NCBI GenBank assembly: GCA_964016885.1
Contig: OZ024744.1
Location: 94,922,001-94,986,000 of the forward strand
Direction of reading: 5' to 3'
Length of the DNA: 64,000 nt
Source of the DNA: Eledone cirrhosa
Taxonomy: Eukaryota
In this document: piece by piece, positions 1 through 13,800 of the stretch
How positions within the stretch are numbered: the first letter of the stretch is position 1
Layout: each line of letters begins with the position of its first letter
Position numbers and translations under genes: made by a program
Notes under the pieces: model-generated
Databases searched by the model: none
What the model was told of the DNA's origin: nothing
Seen by the model: the letters and a program-made list of their open reading frames with translations, nothing else

Positions 1-114
1 AAATCTCCCAACATAATTTTATATAAGAACTTTACATTAAGTTATTATTTTAGCAATGAAATAATTGATAATTTTAGTAAATCCCTCAAAATTCTTCATT
101 AATTAATTAAAACA

Positions 115-298
115 GGTGGATTGGCAGTATCGGTAGAGGGTCGGACGCCATGCTTTCCAGCATAGTTACGTCCCTTTACGATCTGATTTCAAATCCCGCC
201 GAGGTTGACTTTGCCTTTCATCCTTACGGGGTCGATAAAATAAAGTACCAGTAATGCACTGGGTAATTGCTGGCCTTGTGCCTAAAGTAGAAACAATT
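115..298 (+). mobile_element. tRNA-derived SINE family 2; many copies, e.g. 1390-1570, 5543-5958, 6618-6798, 17812-17992, 19890-20065, 24600-24790, 48520-48900, 51015-51205 (-) and 8090-8300, 19185-19380, 58580-58950, 59925-60480 (+)
   Basis: Recurrent gagttcaaatcccgccgaggttaactttgcctttcatccttacggggtcgataaaataaagtaccagt...ggccttgtgcctaaa with (ATT)n tail. Confidence 0.85.
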
Positions 299-641
299 AA
301 TTAATTAAAACAGACTATATTTCATTAGAAATGTGGCCATGAAAGAGTTAAATAATTGGTTAGACAAGTTGTCACATTTTAAGATTTGAAAAATCAGATG
401 ATTATATCTTGCTTATACATTTCATTTTACAATGGTTTCTACAGTTAGATGCCGGTCCTAACAGCGACCACTTTTATAGAATGTAATATGAACGTATGTT
501 TCTGTTTCACCAAAGCAGTTGATGAATGAAAGACACACACACAAAAAAAAGGCTAATGAAGACTTCTTAGTCTTGCTGAGAACACGACAACCTGTTAATG
601 AAATGCACCTCCAGTACACTCTGTAAAGTGGTCGATGTTAG

Positions 642-982
642 CAGTGCTGGATTTACCATTGTGCTCAGTATACTCAGCTGAAAATGAGTACCAGCAATAG
701 CTGGGGGTTTAACCCTGCGATGAACTGGCATCCTGTTCAGGGGTCAGTCTTGTACTTTCAGTTGCTTCACACCATGAAACCAGGATAAGCACCAACCAAA
801 TGAGTCTTCTGGCTTAAGACAGACTTTAGACTTAGGTGTACTTAAGCACAGGGCCCTGTTGGTCAGGAAATGGGCCCACCTTCCTGCCCCCCCCCCCCAT
901 TTTTTTACAGTGAATTTTTCAAATGTTTTGGGCCTCATAACTTAACTAGCACAGGGCCTCATTTGTCCTAAATCCAGCACTG
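642..982. mobile_element. hAT-type MITE with nested SINE fragment
   Basis: 14-bp TIR CAGTGCTGGATTTA/TAAATCCAGCACTG; 8-bp TSD GATGTTAG/GGTGTTAG. Confidence 0.8.
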
Positions 983-1139
983 GGTGTTAGGAAGGGTGTC
1001 AAGCCAGGGAAACCAGAAACCATTATAAGCAGAACACTGCTTCTGGTCCATTTAAGAGAAAAATAACTCAAGATAGGAACAGGTCCAGAGCATGACAATC
1101 CACGCAACTTATTCTAGCAGGAAAGGCAGATGTTGTTGT

Positions 1140-1233
1140 TGTTAATGATGACAATGTTGATGATGATGATGATGATGACTACGATGATGACGATGACTGA
1201 TGATGATGATGATGATGATGAAAATGATACTGG

Positions 1234-1264
<31 letters not shown>

Positions 1265-1388
1265 AATGATACTGGTGATGATGATGATGATGATGATGAT
1301 GAAAATGATACTGGTGATGATGATGAAAATGATAATAATGATGATGATACTGATGATGAAGTTGATGATGATGATTATCATAATAATA
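1140..1388. repeat. (GAT)n compound microsatellite; other simple or low-complexity tracts at about 31620-32590, 36138-36680, 43565-44120, 44395-44842, 52640-52872, 57342-57852, 61150-61370
   Basis: Direct reading: (GAT)n, (TA)n, (CAC)n, (GAA)n, (GGT)n and (CA)n. Confidence 0.95.
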
Positions 1389-2181
1389 AATGTTTCTACT
1401 TTTGGGACAAGGCCAGCAATTACCCCAGTACATTACTGGTACTTTATTTTATTGACCCCGTAAAGATGAAAGGCAAAGTTAATCTCGGAGGGATTTGAAC
1501 TCAGAATGCAAAGGGCCATAACTCTATGCTGCAAAGCATGGTGTCTGACGCTCTACCGATACTGCCAATCTCAATAATAATGAACCCAGAACCAACTGGT
1601 TGTGAAGTGAACTCTTTAACCACTCAGCCATGACTCTGTACATATACAAACAAATTCAAGTTATGATTTAACCAAATATGGCAGGGACAAAGACTGATTA
1701 GGTGAGTGTAGAACCCCCCGCTCCTCCTCCCACCCCCCAAAAAATCTTTATAAATAACACCATGGTTTTCTCTAAACTAAACTAAAAAAAAAATACATTT
1801 AAATATCAAAATTAATGAATATAGAAGATGAAAAAAAACATGAAAAACCAAACAAACAAATAATAATACCAACTCTAAAAAAACCCCAAACAAACAAAAA
1901 ACACAACAAACAAATATCCCGCCCCACCCCCACCCAAGAAACTTGAACACTTTTGAATAAAGTAGAAACACATATAAACAGGTTTTGCTAGATTTTATGT
2001 CTATTGATTCATACAGTTTAGTATCTGTTTTTTCTAAAGAAATATATTGATTGGTATTATCAGTAAAGTATTGATAACACTGTATTATTAGTAATATATT
2101 GATTGGTATTATCAGTAAAGTATTGATAACACTGTATTATTAGTACTTGATAGTGATACAAAGCATTAATGGAAACCGGGA

Positions 2182-2219
<38 letters not shown>

Positions 2220-2291
2220 GAAAAAGGAAAAATGGCTCCACAGCTGAGCTCTATGACAACCTATGATTAATAGTAATCTGCACTTAATCAA

Positions 2292-2530
2292 TTATGATGG
2301 TTAAGGTAATGGCATTGTGTATTGGTGTAGATGATGGTTAAGGTAACGGCATTGTGTATTGGTGTAGATGATGGTTAAGGTAATGGTATTGTGTATTGGT
2401 GTAGATGATGGTTAAGGTAATGGTATTGTGTATTGGTGTAGATGATGGTTAAGGTTATGTATGGTGTTGTATATTGGTGTAGATGATGGTTAAGGCTATG
2501 GTGTTGTATATTGGTGTAGCTGATGGTTAA
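2292..2530. repeat. 37-bp tandem repeat
   Basis: gatgatggttaaggtaatggtattgtgtattggtgta, about 6 copies. Confidence 0.9.
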
Positions 2531-3826
2531 ATAGTATAAAGTCTAAATCCTGTTTCAAAACCGGAGGCTCATCTGACTGGTGCTTATCCCAGTTTCCATG
2601 GTGTTAAGAGACTGAGAGTTTAAGACTCCACGCCTGAACAAGACCCGGTCCATTGCAAAGTTAACCCACAGCTATTGCTGGTACTCATTTTCAGCTGAGT
2701 ATACTGGAGCACCATGAAATGAAGTGTTTTGCTCAAAAACTCAAAACTCAACCTAGTCTAGGAACTGAACCCAGTTCATTATGATCACTAGGCCACCACA
2801 CACCTCCACTGAGTATACTGGAGCAATGTGAAATGAAGTGTTCTGCTCAAGAACACAACACGCAACCCAGTCTAGGAATAGGACCCACAACATTAGGATT
2901 GTAAGTCCAACACCCTTATCACATCACTAGGCCACCACACACCTCCACTGAGTATACTAGAGCAACATGAAATGAAGTGTTTTGTTCAACAACACAACAC
3001 ACAACCCCATCTAGGAATCAAACACATCGAACCCATAACATTATGATTGTAGATCCAATACTCTTACCACTAGGCCACCACACACCTCCACTGAGTATAC
3101 TGGAACAACATGAAATGAAGAACACAACACACAACCATCCAGTCCAGGAATTGAACCTACAACATTATGATCAAAGCACTTTATTTCATATTGCTCCAGC
3201 CCACTCAGCTGGCAAAAAGGAGTTGTGCCTTGTCCCACACAGTGTCACACTGAGTCTTCCTGATCTCTACATTAAGGGTATACATTAAGAGTGCACATTA
3301 AGGGTACGTGTCTTTGGAATGCTCAGCCACTTGCACGTTAATTTCACAAGAAGGCTCTACTTATCCATGTTGATGTGGGGTAGAAAGGATGTTTCAAGAT
3401 AATGTCTTACAGTTGAATGCCCTTCTTGACACCAACCATTTTTATTACCTCTTACAATGCACGATGTACCCATACTAAATACCAGGATATATCATTCATT
3501 TCATCATTTCATTTTATGTCTGCTTTTCCCTGCTTGCAAGGGTGGGTGGGAACTGATTCTGGCTTGATTTCTACAGCTGGATGCCCTTCCTAACACCAAC
3601 CTCATTTACAGTGAGTGCTGGGTACTTTTTTTTTCCGTGGCACCTACACGACCACTTTGCAGTGTGGGCTGGGTGCCTTTTTGCTGTGGCACCTCCACGA
3701 CCACCTTGGAGTGGAATGATAGGGACCCCAGTCCCTATCATCTCATTTCTACAGCCAGCTGAGTAAACTGGAGCAATGTGAAATAAAGTGTCTTGCTCAA
3801 GGAAACAACACATCACCCGGTCTGAG

Positions 3827-3862
<36 letters not shown>

Positions 3863-4119
3863 GCCGGCGAAACAATTGTAACAGGCAATAAATTCAGATG
3901 CATCACTAAGTCCAGATGCATCACTGATTTTTCGGTTTCTTTATACAATGTATAATATATGCCTGAAGCTAAATCCTATTTCTGTTCTATATATATATGT
4001 TTTATAGTAAAAAAAAAAACAAACTATAATTGAAGGAAACTAACAACAGTTTGCATTGGCAGAATTTGTTTTCATAGGAAAAGAACAAACCTAGCGGAAA
4101 TGTAAGGCATACAACTTAC

Positions 4120-4269
4120 CACATCTGATTTTAACTGAATCTGTAAACTTCTCATTGTTTTAATATGCTCTCGAACGGCTTTTGTTTCCTTTGATATCTT
4201 AGTAGCCCACTTTCTTGCCTCTTTCTCCAGTTGATGGTTAGCCCCATATTCCTGAGAAAGTTTGGATAC
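4120..4269 (-). CDS. FCHSD2: FCHSD2/nwk-like exon (150 nt)
   Basis: Acceptor tatttttctAG, donor GTaagt; encodes [50 protein letters not shown]. Confidence 0.92.
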
Positions 4270-7200
4270 CTAGAAAAATAATTTGGTTGGATTCCTGTAT
4301 AAATCATCGCCATTATAATTTACAAAAATTAAAAATTGTTTCTTAACTTTTAACATCCTATAATGATTTAGCAAAAAAATATTTAAACTGGTTTGTTAAT
4401 TCAAATGTTTACACTATCTTTACTAGCAGAATGATTGTTGTGATAATTCATAGTAAAGTAAAAACTTTAATATTTAACAAAGTGTTGTAGTTTGCTTGAA
4501 GCATTGTAGAATAAGAAATACAAATTTAACTAGGAAATAAGTTTAAATATTTGGAAGCCCAACAATACGTGTGAGATTATAAGTGCCAAGGTAATAGGAA
4601 TTAGAAAAAATAGAATAAAAGGACTGAGAAAAAGGTGGAATTTTACCTTAGAAATTTTATTGATCCCAAATACTTTTAGATTTACCATCCATTATGAAGG
4701 GAATCTGTGGGGAGGGACTTAGAGAGCAATCTGGGAAGACTTGTTGATGGCTGGTAAATTGAATTCCTATTACCTTGGCACATATAATCTCACACACATT
4801 GTCGAGCTTCCAAATATTTAACCCTTTAACATTTACATTACTCTCTATATACTATTGTATTTTCACAGTAAAAGCTTTAGCTTACATAATTATCTTACAT
4901 AATATTAAATCTATGAGATTTTGTTAGTATTTATTTTGTTAACAATACCTTCACGTCAGTATGAGCAGCCAGTTATGGCTGGTTTGAACAGAAAGAGGTG
5001 AGAAAATTCTGGCCGGATATGGCTGGTTTAAATGCTAAAGGGTTAAACTTGTTTCCTAATTAAATTTGTATTTAATATCTAATATGATGCAGTCATAGTA
5101 TTGTTTTGTACTTTTCAAGAATGTCTTGTTAATGTACTTTCTTGTGGTTTGTTAATTCAAATGTTTATAATATCTTTAATAGTGGACAAATTGTTGTGAA
5201 AATTTGCAGTATTAAAATAAAGACTTTAACATTTAAAATGATAGTCATCGTGCTGTTTAGTATTTTTAAACAATGTTTTTCTAATGTGGTTTCATATGGT
5301 ACAGGATGTTAAACATTTTAATTAATGCGGCCTCTACTAATATATTTGAAAATTTCTTTTTTTCTATTTTGTTTTTAGAAATAAACAGTTTCTATAGGAT
5401 TTTAACTTACTTGATCATTACAGCAGGGTTCAAATTGATATTGCAAAAGGTCGGTGAAAACATTGCTTTCATGTAAGAAACATTGTAAATTGTAGTTTCG
5501 ACTGATCTGTAAATACAAAAAAAAAAAAATTATATAATAACAATTGTTTCTACTTTTGGCACAAGGCCAGCAATTACCCCAGTGAATTACTGGTGTTTTA
5601 TTTTATCGATCCCAAAAGGATGAAAGGCAAAGTTGACCTCGGCGGGTTTTGAACTCAGAACGTAAAGGGCCACAACTCTATGCTGCAAAGCATGTTGCTT
5701 GACGCTCTACCAATACTGCCAATCCACTGCCCTTATATAATAATAATAATAATAGTTTCTGTTTTAGGCACAAGGCCAACAATTTGGGGCAAGGGGAAAG
5801 TCGATTAAAGTGACCCAGTGAGTTACTGGTTCTTTATTTTATTGACCCCGAAAGGATGAAAGGCAAAGTTGACCTCGGCGGGTTTTGAACTCAGAACGTA
5901 AAGAGCTGTAACACTATGCTGCAAAGCATGTTGCCTGACACTCTACCAATACTGCCAAATAATAATAATAAGGGTACCGAAAAATATTTGGACCAGACAC
6001 CTGGAAAGCCACTGCTGCAAGAAGTACAGAAAATGGTGCTGACTGGCACTGTCAATATCCTGAGAAGGACATTACTAATTTAAAAACTTTGCAAGGACAT
6101 TAACTGTTGTGCTCTTGTGGCATCATTTCTATGACAATTGATTGTAAAATATGACACTCGGCATGATTAGGGAAAGAAGCAGAACTCAAAGGAAGTTTTA
6201 AATCATAAAAAAAATAAATTTAAAAAACAACAAAACCTTTCTTATGTAAAAGATGTATTTTTTTCTTGACAGAAATGGAAACAGAAATATTTATATTATG
6301 AAATTTATAACTGCTTTAAATGTAATGGAGTAAAATGGTTCTAACTGAGATTAATATTCAATTACTACAACTATTTGATTGAGATGATTGATAAAACTGG
6401 TCCTGGAACTCTAGAATGGTCACCACATTAAGGACCTCTTTTTTAAAAAAACCAAAACAGTCATAATATTTATTTCATGAAAAGCAATTGACATTATATA
6501 TAAATAATAATAAAAAAAACATGAGTATTATCTAATAAGCTATTAAAATAACATTACAAATGCGTAAATAACATTATAAATTGCTCGCAATTCGTTCAGA
6601 AGAACATTACAAATATAATTGTTTCTACTTTTGGCACAAGGCCAGCAATTTCCCCAGTGCATTACTGGTACTTTATTTTATTGACCCCATAAGGATGAAA
6701 GGCAAAGCTAAGTTCAGCGGGATTTGAACTCAGAACGTACAGGGCCATAACTCTATGCTGCAAAGTATGGTGTCTGATGCTCTACCGATACTGCCAATAA
6801 TGTCATTGATAAACATGAATATATAATAGAAATTAAAATTGCTATTTGTAAAACCATTCTTATCTACAATTATCATCACCATTTTATAATCCCTTTTCCA
6901 CACTTGCATGGGTTGGATGGGTCTTTTTCCAGCATAGCATCTCTCCATTTATTGCATTCCTTTGCCATTTCCTCTGTGAATTCCATCAATTTGGGTTCAA
7001 CTCTCACCTCCTCTATCCAGGTTTTCTTAGTTCTTCTTCTACTGTGGCTTCCTACAACTGGGATTTCCTGGAACTTCTTCACCCAGCAATCATCGTCCAT
7101 GTTCATCACATATCCACACGAACACAGTTTTATTTCTTGTACACTGTATCTGATTCCTCTTATATCAAGTTCTTCGCTCTGCTCATCCATGTTCATCTTT

Positions 7201-7840
7201 AATGTACCTTAACATTGCACATCCATCGAAGCATGCCTGCTTCATTTCTCTCCAGTCTCCACATATTCTTTGCATTTGTTGTCCATGTTTCACTACTAAC
7301 CAACATTGCACATTGTACATTGCATGCAGGCATCATACAGTTAGCTTCTTGTTTGTAGGGAGAATTCTTTTGTTGTCAACAGAGAAAGTATCTCCCTGAA
7401 CTTTTTTTCATCTTATTCTTATTTCAGCTACTCTGGTCTCTGAGCAACCTCCGCCATTGCTAATTATGTCACTTATATAGCAGAAGCTATACATTTTCTA
7501 CAGAGCCTTCTTTGTGATTGGAAAAAGTCACTATTCTCTCAAGTTATTGTTGCTTCGTCAATCATGTACACTAACATTGCACATCCTTTTGTTTTTATAT
7601 AACTTTATCTCATTTTTATAAAATTTTGTTTCCATCACAACATTCAACCATGTGTTGATTATAATTGATATCAGTGGCTAAATATACAAAAGAAAGTGCT
7701 GCTGCTGCTGATGTGGAGGTTGATAGGATTCATGTCATGCCATGCCGTGCCAAGGGCCATTAACTCCTGATTGAGTCTATGGGTGCTTTTGTGATATTGG
7801 GCATTTTAAACTTGATGTAGCCCATCCATCTCTAGGTCAG

Positions 7841-7872
<32 letters not shown>

Positions 7873-10800
7873 TGGGAGAATAATTGACCCCAATATTGAA
7901 CTAATACCTTTTTTATCAACCTCAAAAAGATAAAGTTGACCATGGTAGGATTTGAACTCAGACTGAGCACAGAGAGCTTGAACAAATACAGTAAAGCAAT
8001 TTACCAGATGTTCTAATGACTCGGCCAATTCACTGCTTTTATAAGATTCATACAAATAGTATATAAAGTAATGTTCAGGTACATTTGAAGGTGAGAGATT
8101 GCAAAAATTAATAAAGCATAAGATTGCAGTATATGTTCTGGGTCTTTACATTCTGAGTTCAAATCCTGCCAAGATCAACTTTACCTTTCATCCTTCCAAG
8201 GCTGATAAAATACAGTACCAGTAATGTACTGGAGTTGATTTAATAAACTTTGGCCTTCTGCCACAAAATGTTCTGGCCTTGTATCTAAATTAGAAATCAA
8301 TATTTAATTAGATAGTTTAGGGTGGTAGATTAACAGAACCGGTAGAGCGTGTGGTCGAATTAATAAACTTTAACCTTCCGTCAAATGATAATGTCCAGGT
8401 ACAATACTGTGTGTCTAAATTAGATAATGTCCAGGTACAATACTGTGTGTCTAAATTAGATAATGTCCAGGTACAATACTGTGTGTCTTAATTAGATAAT
8501 GTCCAGGTACAATACTGTGTGCCTAAATTAGATAATGTCCAGATAAAATAGCTTGAGTCTTAATTAGATAATGTCTAGGTACAATAGCTTGAGTCTTAAT
8601 TAGATAATGTCCAGGTACAATACTGTGTGTCTTAATTAGATAATGTCCAGGTACAATACTGTGTGTCTTAATTAGATAATGTCCAGGTACAATACTGTGT
8701 GTCTAAATTAGATAATGTCCAGGTACAATAGCTTGAGTCTTAATTAGATAATGTCCAGGTACAATAGCTTGAGTCTTAATTAGATAATGTCCAGGTACAA
8801 TACTGTGTGTCTAAATTAGATAATGTTCAGGTAAAATAGCTTGAGTCTTAATTAGATAATGTCCAGGTACAATACTGTGTGTCTTAATTAGATAATGTCC
8901 AGGTACAATAGCTTGAGTCTTAATTAGATAATGTCCAGGTACAATACTGTGTGTCTTAATTAGATAATGTCCAGGTACAATACTGTGTGTCTAAATTAGA
9001 TAATGTCCAGGTAAAATAGCTTGAGTCTAAATTAGATAATGTCCAGGTACAATACTGTGTGTCTTAATTAGATAATGTCCAGGTACAATACTGTGTGTCT
9101 TAATTAGATAATGTCCAGGTACAATACTGTGTGTCTAAATTAGATAATGTCCAGGTACAATAGCTTGAGTCTTAATTAGATAATGTCCAGGTACAATACT
9201 GTGTGTCTTAATTAGATAATGTCCAGGTACAATACTGTGTGTCTTAATTAGATAATGTCCAGGTACAATACTGTGTGTCTAAATTAGATAATGTCCAGGT
9301 ACAATAGCTTGAGTCTTAATTAGATAATGTCCAGGTACAATACTGTGTATCTAAATTAGATAATGTCCAGGTACAATAGCTTGAGTCTTAATTAGATAAT
9401 GTCCAGGTACAATACTGTGTGCCTAAATTAGATAATGTCCAGGTAAAATAGCTTGAGTCTAAATTAGATAATGTCCAGGTACAATACTGTGTGTCTTAAT
9501 TAGATAATGTCCAGGTACAATACTGTGTGTCTTAATTAGATAATGTCCAGGTACAATACTGTGTGTCTTAATTAGATAATGTCCAGGTATAATACTGTGT
9601 GTCTTAATTAGATAATGTCCAGGTACAATACTGTGTGTCTAAATTAGATAATGTCCAGGTACAATACCTTGTGTCTTAATTAGATAATGTCCAGGTACAA
9701 TATTGTCTGTCTTAATTAGATAATGTCCAGGTACAATACTGTGTGTCTAAATTAGATAATGTCCAGGTACAATAGCTTGAGTCTTAATTAGATAATGTCC
9801 AGGTACAATACTGTGTGTCTTAATTAGATAATGTCCAGGTACAATAGCTTGAGTCTTAATTAGATAATGTCCAGGTACAATACTGTGTGTCTTAATTAGA
9901 TAATGTCCAGGTACAATACTGTGTGTCTAAATTAGATAATGTCCAGGTAAAATAGCTTGAGTCTAAATTAGATAATGTCCAGGTACAATACTGTGTGTCT
10001 TAATTAGATAATGTCCAGGTACAATACTGTGTGTCTTAATTAGATAATGTCCAGGTACAATACTGTGTGTCTAAATTAGATAATGTCCAGGTACAATAGC
10101 TTGAGTCTTAATTAGATAATGTCCAGGTACAATACTGTGTGTCTTAATTAGATAATGTCCAGGTACAATACTGTGTGTCTTAATTAGATAATGTCCAGGT
10201 ACAATACTGTGTGTCTAAATTAGATAATGTCCAGGTACAATAGCTTGAGTCTTAATTAGATAATGTCCAGGTACAATACTGTGTATCTAAATTAGATAAT
10301 GTCCAGGTACAATAGCTTGAGTCTTAATTAGATAATGTCCAGGTACAATACTGTGTGCCTAAATTAGATAATGTCCAGGTAAAATAGCTTGAGTCTAAAT
10401 TAGATAATGTCCAGGTACAATACTGTGTGTCTTAATTAGATAATGTCCAGGTACAATACTGTGTGTCTTAATTAGATAATGTCCAGGTACAATACTGTGT
10501 GTCTTAATTAGATAATGTCCAGGTACAATACTGTGTGTCTTAATTAGATAATGTCCAGGTACAATACTGTGTGTCTAAATTAGATAATGTCCAGGTACAA
10601 TACCTTGTGTCTTAATTAGATAATGTCCAGGTACAATATTGTCTGTCTTAATTAGATAATGTCCAGGTACAATACTGTGTGTCTAAATTAGATAATGTCC
10701 AGGTAAAATAGCTTGAGTCTTAATTAGATAATGTCCAGGTACAATACTGTGTGTCTAAATTAGATAATGTCCAGGTACAATACTGTGTGTCTTAATTAGA

Positions 10801-13800
10801 TAATGTCCAGGTACAATACTGTGTGTCTTAATTAGATAATGTCCAGGTACAATACTGTGTGTCTAAATTAGATAATGTCCAGGTACAATACCTTGTGTCT
10901 TAATTAGATAATGTCCAGGTACAATACTGTCTGTCTTAATTAGATAATGTCCAGGTAAAATAGCTTGAGTCTAAATTAGATAATGTCCAGGTACAATACT
11001 GTGTGTCTTAATTAGATAATGTCCAGGTACAATACCTTGAGTCTTAATTAGATAATGTCCAGGTACAATACTGTGTGTCTTAATTAGATAATGTCCAGGT
11101 AAAATAGCTTGAGTCTAAATTAGATAATGTCCAGGTACAATACTGTGTGTCTTAATTAGATAATGTCCAGGTACAATACTGTGTGTCTTAATTAGATAAT
11201 GTCCAGGTACAATACCTTGAGTCTTAATTAGATAATGTCCAGGTACAATACCTTGAGTCTTAATTAGATAATGTCCAGGTACAATACTGTGTGTCTAAAT
11301 TAGATAATGTCCAGGTAAAATAGCTTGAGTCTTAATTAGATAATGTCCAGGTACAATACTGTGTGTCTAAATTAGATAATGTCCAGGTACAATACCTTGT
11401 GTCTTAATTAGATAATGTCCAGGTACAATACTGTCTGTCTTAATTAGATAATGTCCAGGTACAATACTGTGTGTCTTAATTAGATAATGTCCAGGTACAA
11501 TACTGTGTGTCTAAATTAGATAATGTCCAGGTACAATACTGTCTGTCTAAATTAGATAATGTCCAGGTACAATACTGTGTGTCTAAATTAGATAATGTCC
11601 AGGTACAATACTGTGTGTCTTAATTAGATAATGTCCAGGTACAATACTGTGTGCCTAAATTAGATAATGTCCAGATAAAATAGCTTGAGTCTTAATTAGA
11701 TAATGTCCAGGTACAATACTGTGTGTCTAAATTAGATAATGTCCAGGTACAATACTGTGTGTCTTAATTAGATAATGTCCAGGTACAATACTGTGTGCCT
11801 AAATTAGATAATGTCCAGGTACAATACTGTGTGTCTAAATTAGATAATGTCCAGGTACAATACTGTGTGTCTTAATTAGATAATGTCCAGGTACAATAGC
11901 TTGAGTCTTAATTAGATAATGTCCAGGTACAATACTGTGTGCCTAAATTAGATAATGTCCAGGTAAAATAGCTTGAGTCTTAATTAGATAATGTCCAGGT
12001 ACAATACTGTGTGTCTAAATTAGATAATGTCCAGGTACAATACTGTGTGTCTTAATTAGATAATGTCCAGGTACAATACTGTCTGTCTTAATTAGATAAT
12101 GTCCAGGTACAATACTGTCTGTCTTAATTAGATAATGTCCAGGTACAATACTGTGTGCCTAAATTAGATAATGTCCAGGTAAAATAGCTTGAGTCTTAAT
12201 TAGATAATGTCCAGGTACAATACTGTGTGTCTAAATTAGATAATGTCCAGGTACAATACCTTGTGTCTTAATTAGATAATGTCCAGGTACAATACTGTCT
12301 GTCTTAATTAGATAATGTCCAGGTACAATACTGTGTGTCTAAATTAGATAATGTCCAGGTACAATACTGTCTGTCTAAATTAGATAATGTCCAGGTACAA
12401 TACTGTGTGTCTAAATTAGATAATGTCCAGGTACAATACTGTGTGTCTTAATTAGATAATGTCCAGGTACAATACTGTGTGCCTAAATTAGATAATGTCC
12501 AGGTAAAATAGCTTGAGTCTTAATTAGATAATGTCCAGGTACAATACTGTGTGTCTAAATTAGATAATGTCCAGGTACAATACTGTGTGTCTTAATTAGA
12601 TAATGTCCAGGTACAATACTGTGTGCCTAAATTAGATAATGTCCAGGTACAATACTGTGTGTCTAAATTAGATAATGTCCAGGTACAATACTGTGTGTCT
12701 TAATTAGATAATGTCCAGGTACAATAGCTTGAGTCTTAATTAGATAATGTCCAGGTACAATACTGTGTGCCTAAATTAGATAATGTCCAGGTAAAATAGC
12801 TTGAGTCTTAATTAGATAATGTCCAGGTACAATACTGTGTGTCTTAATTAGATAATGTCCAGGTACAATACTGTCTGTCTTAATTAGATAATGTCCAGGT
12901 ACAATACTGTCTGTCTTAATTAGATAATGTCCAGGTACAATACTGTGTGCCTAAATTAGATAATGTCCAGGTAAAATAGCTTGAGTCTTAATTAGATAAT
13001 GTCCAGGTACAATACTGTGTGCCTAAATTAGATAATGTCCAGGTAAAATACCTTGTGTCTAAATTAGATAATGTCCAGGTAAAATACCTTGTGTCTAAAT
13101 TAGAAATATATGTTCAGGTAAAATACCTTGTGTCTTAATTAGATAATGTCCAAGTACAATACCTGGTGTCTAAATTAGAAATATATGTTCAGGTAAAATA
13201 CCTGGTGTCTAAATTAGAAATATATGTTCAGGTAAAATACCTTGTGTCTAAATTAGATAATGTCCAGGTACAATACCTGGTGTCTAAATTAGAAATATAT
13301 GTTCAGGTAAAATACCTGGTGTCTAAATTAGATAATGTCCAGGTACAATACCTGGTGTCTAAATTAGAAATATATGTTCAGGTAAAATACCTGGTGTCTA
13401 AATTAAATAATGTCCAGGTACAATACCTGGTGTCTAAATTAGAAATATATGTTCAGGTAAAATACCTGGTGTCTAAATTAGAAATATATGTTCACGTAAA
13501 ATACCTTGTGTCTAAATTAGATAATGTCCAGGTACAATACCTGGTGTCTAAATTAGAAATATATGTTCAGGTAAAATACCTGGTGTCTAAATTAAATAAT
13601 GTCCATGTACAATACCTGGTGTCTAAATTAGAAATATATGTTCAGGTAAAATACCTGGTGTCTAAATTAGAAATATATGTTCAGGTAAAATACCTTGTGT
13701 CTAAATTAGATAATGTCCAGGTACAATACCTTGAGTCTTAATTAGATAATGTCCAGGTACAATACTGTGTGTCTAAATTAGATAATGTCCAGGTAAAATA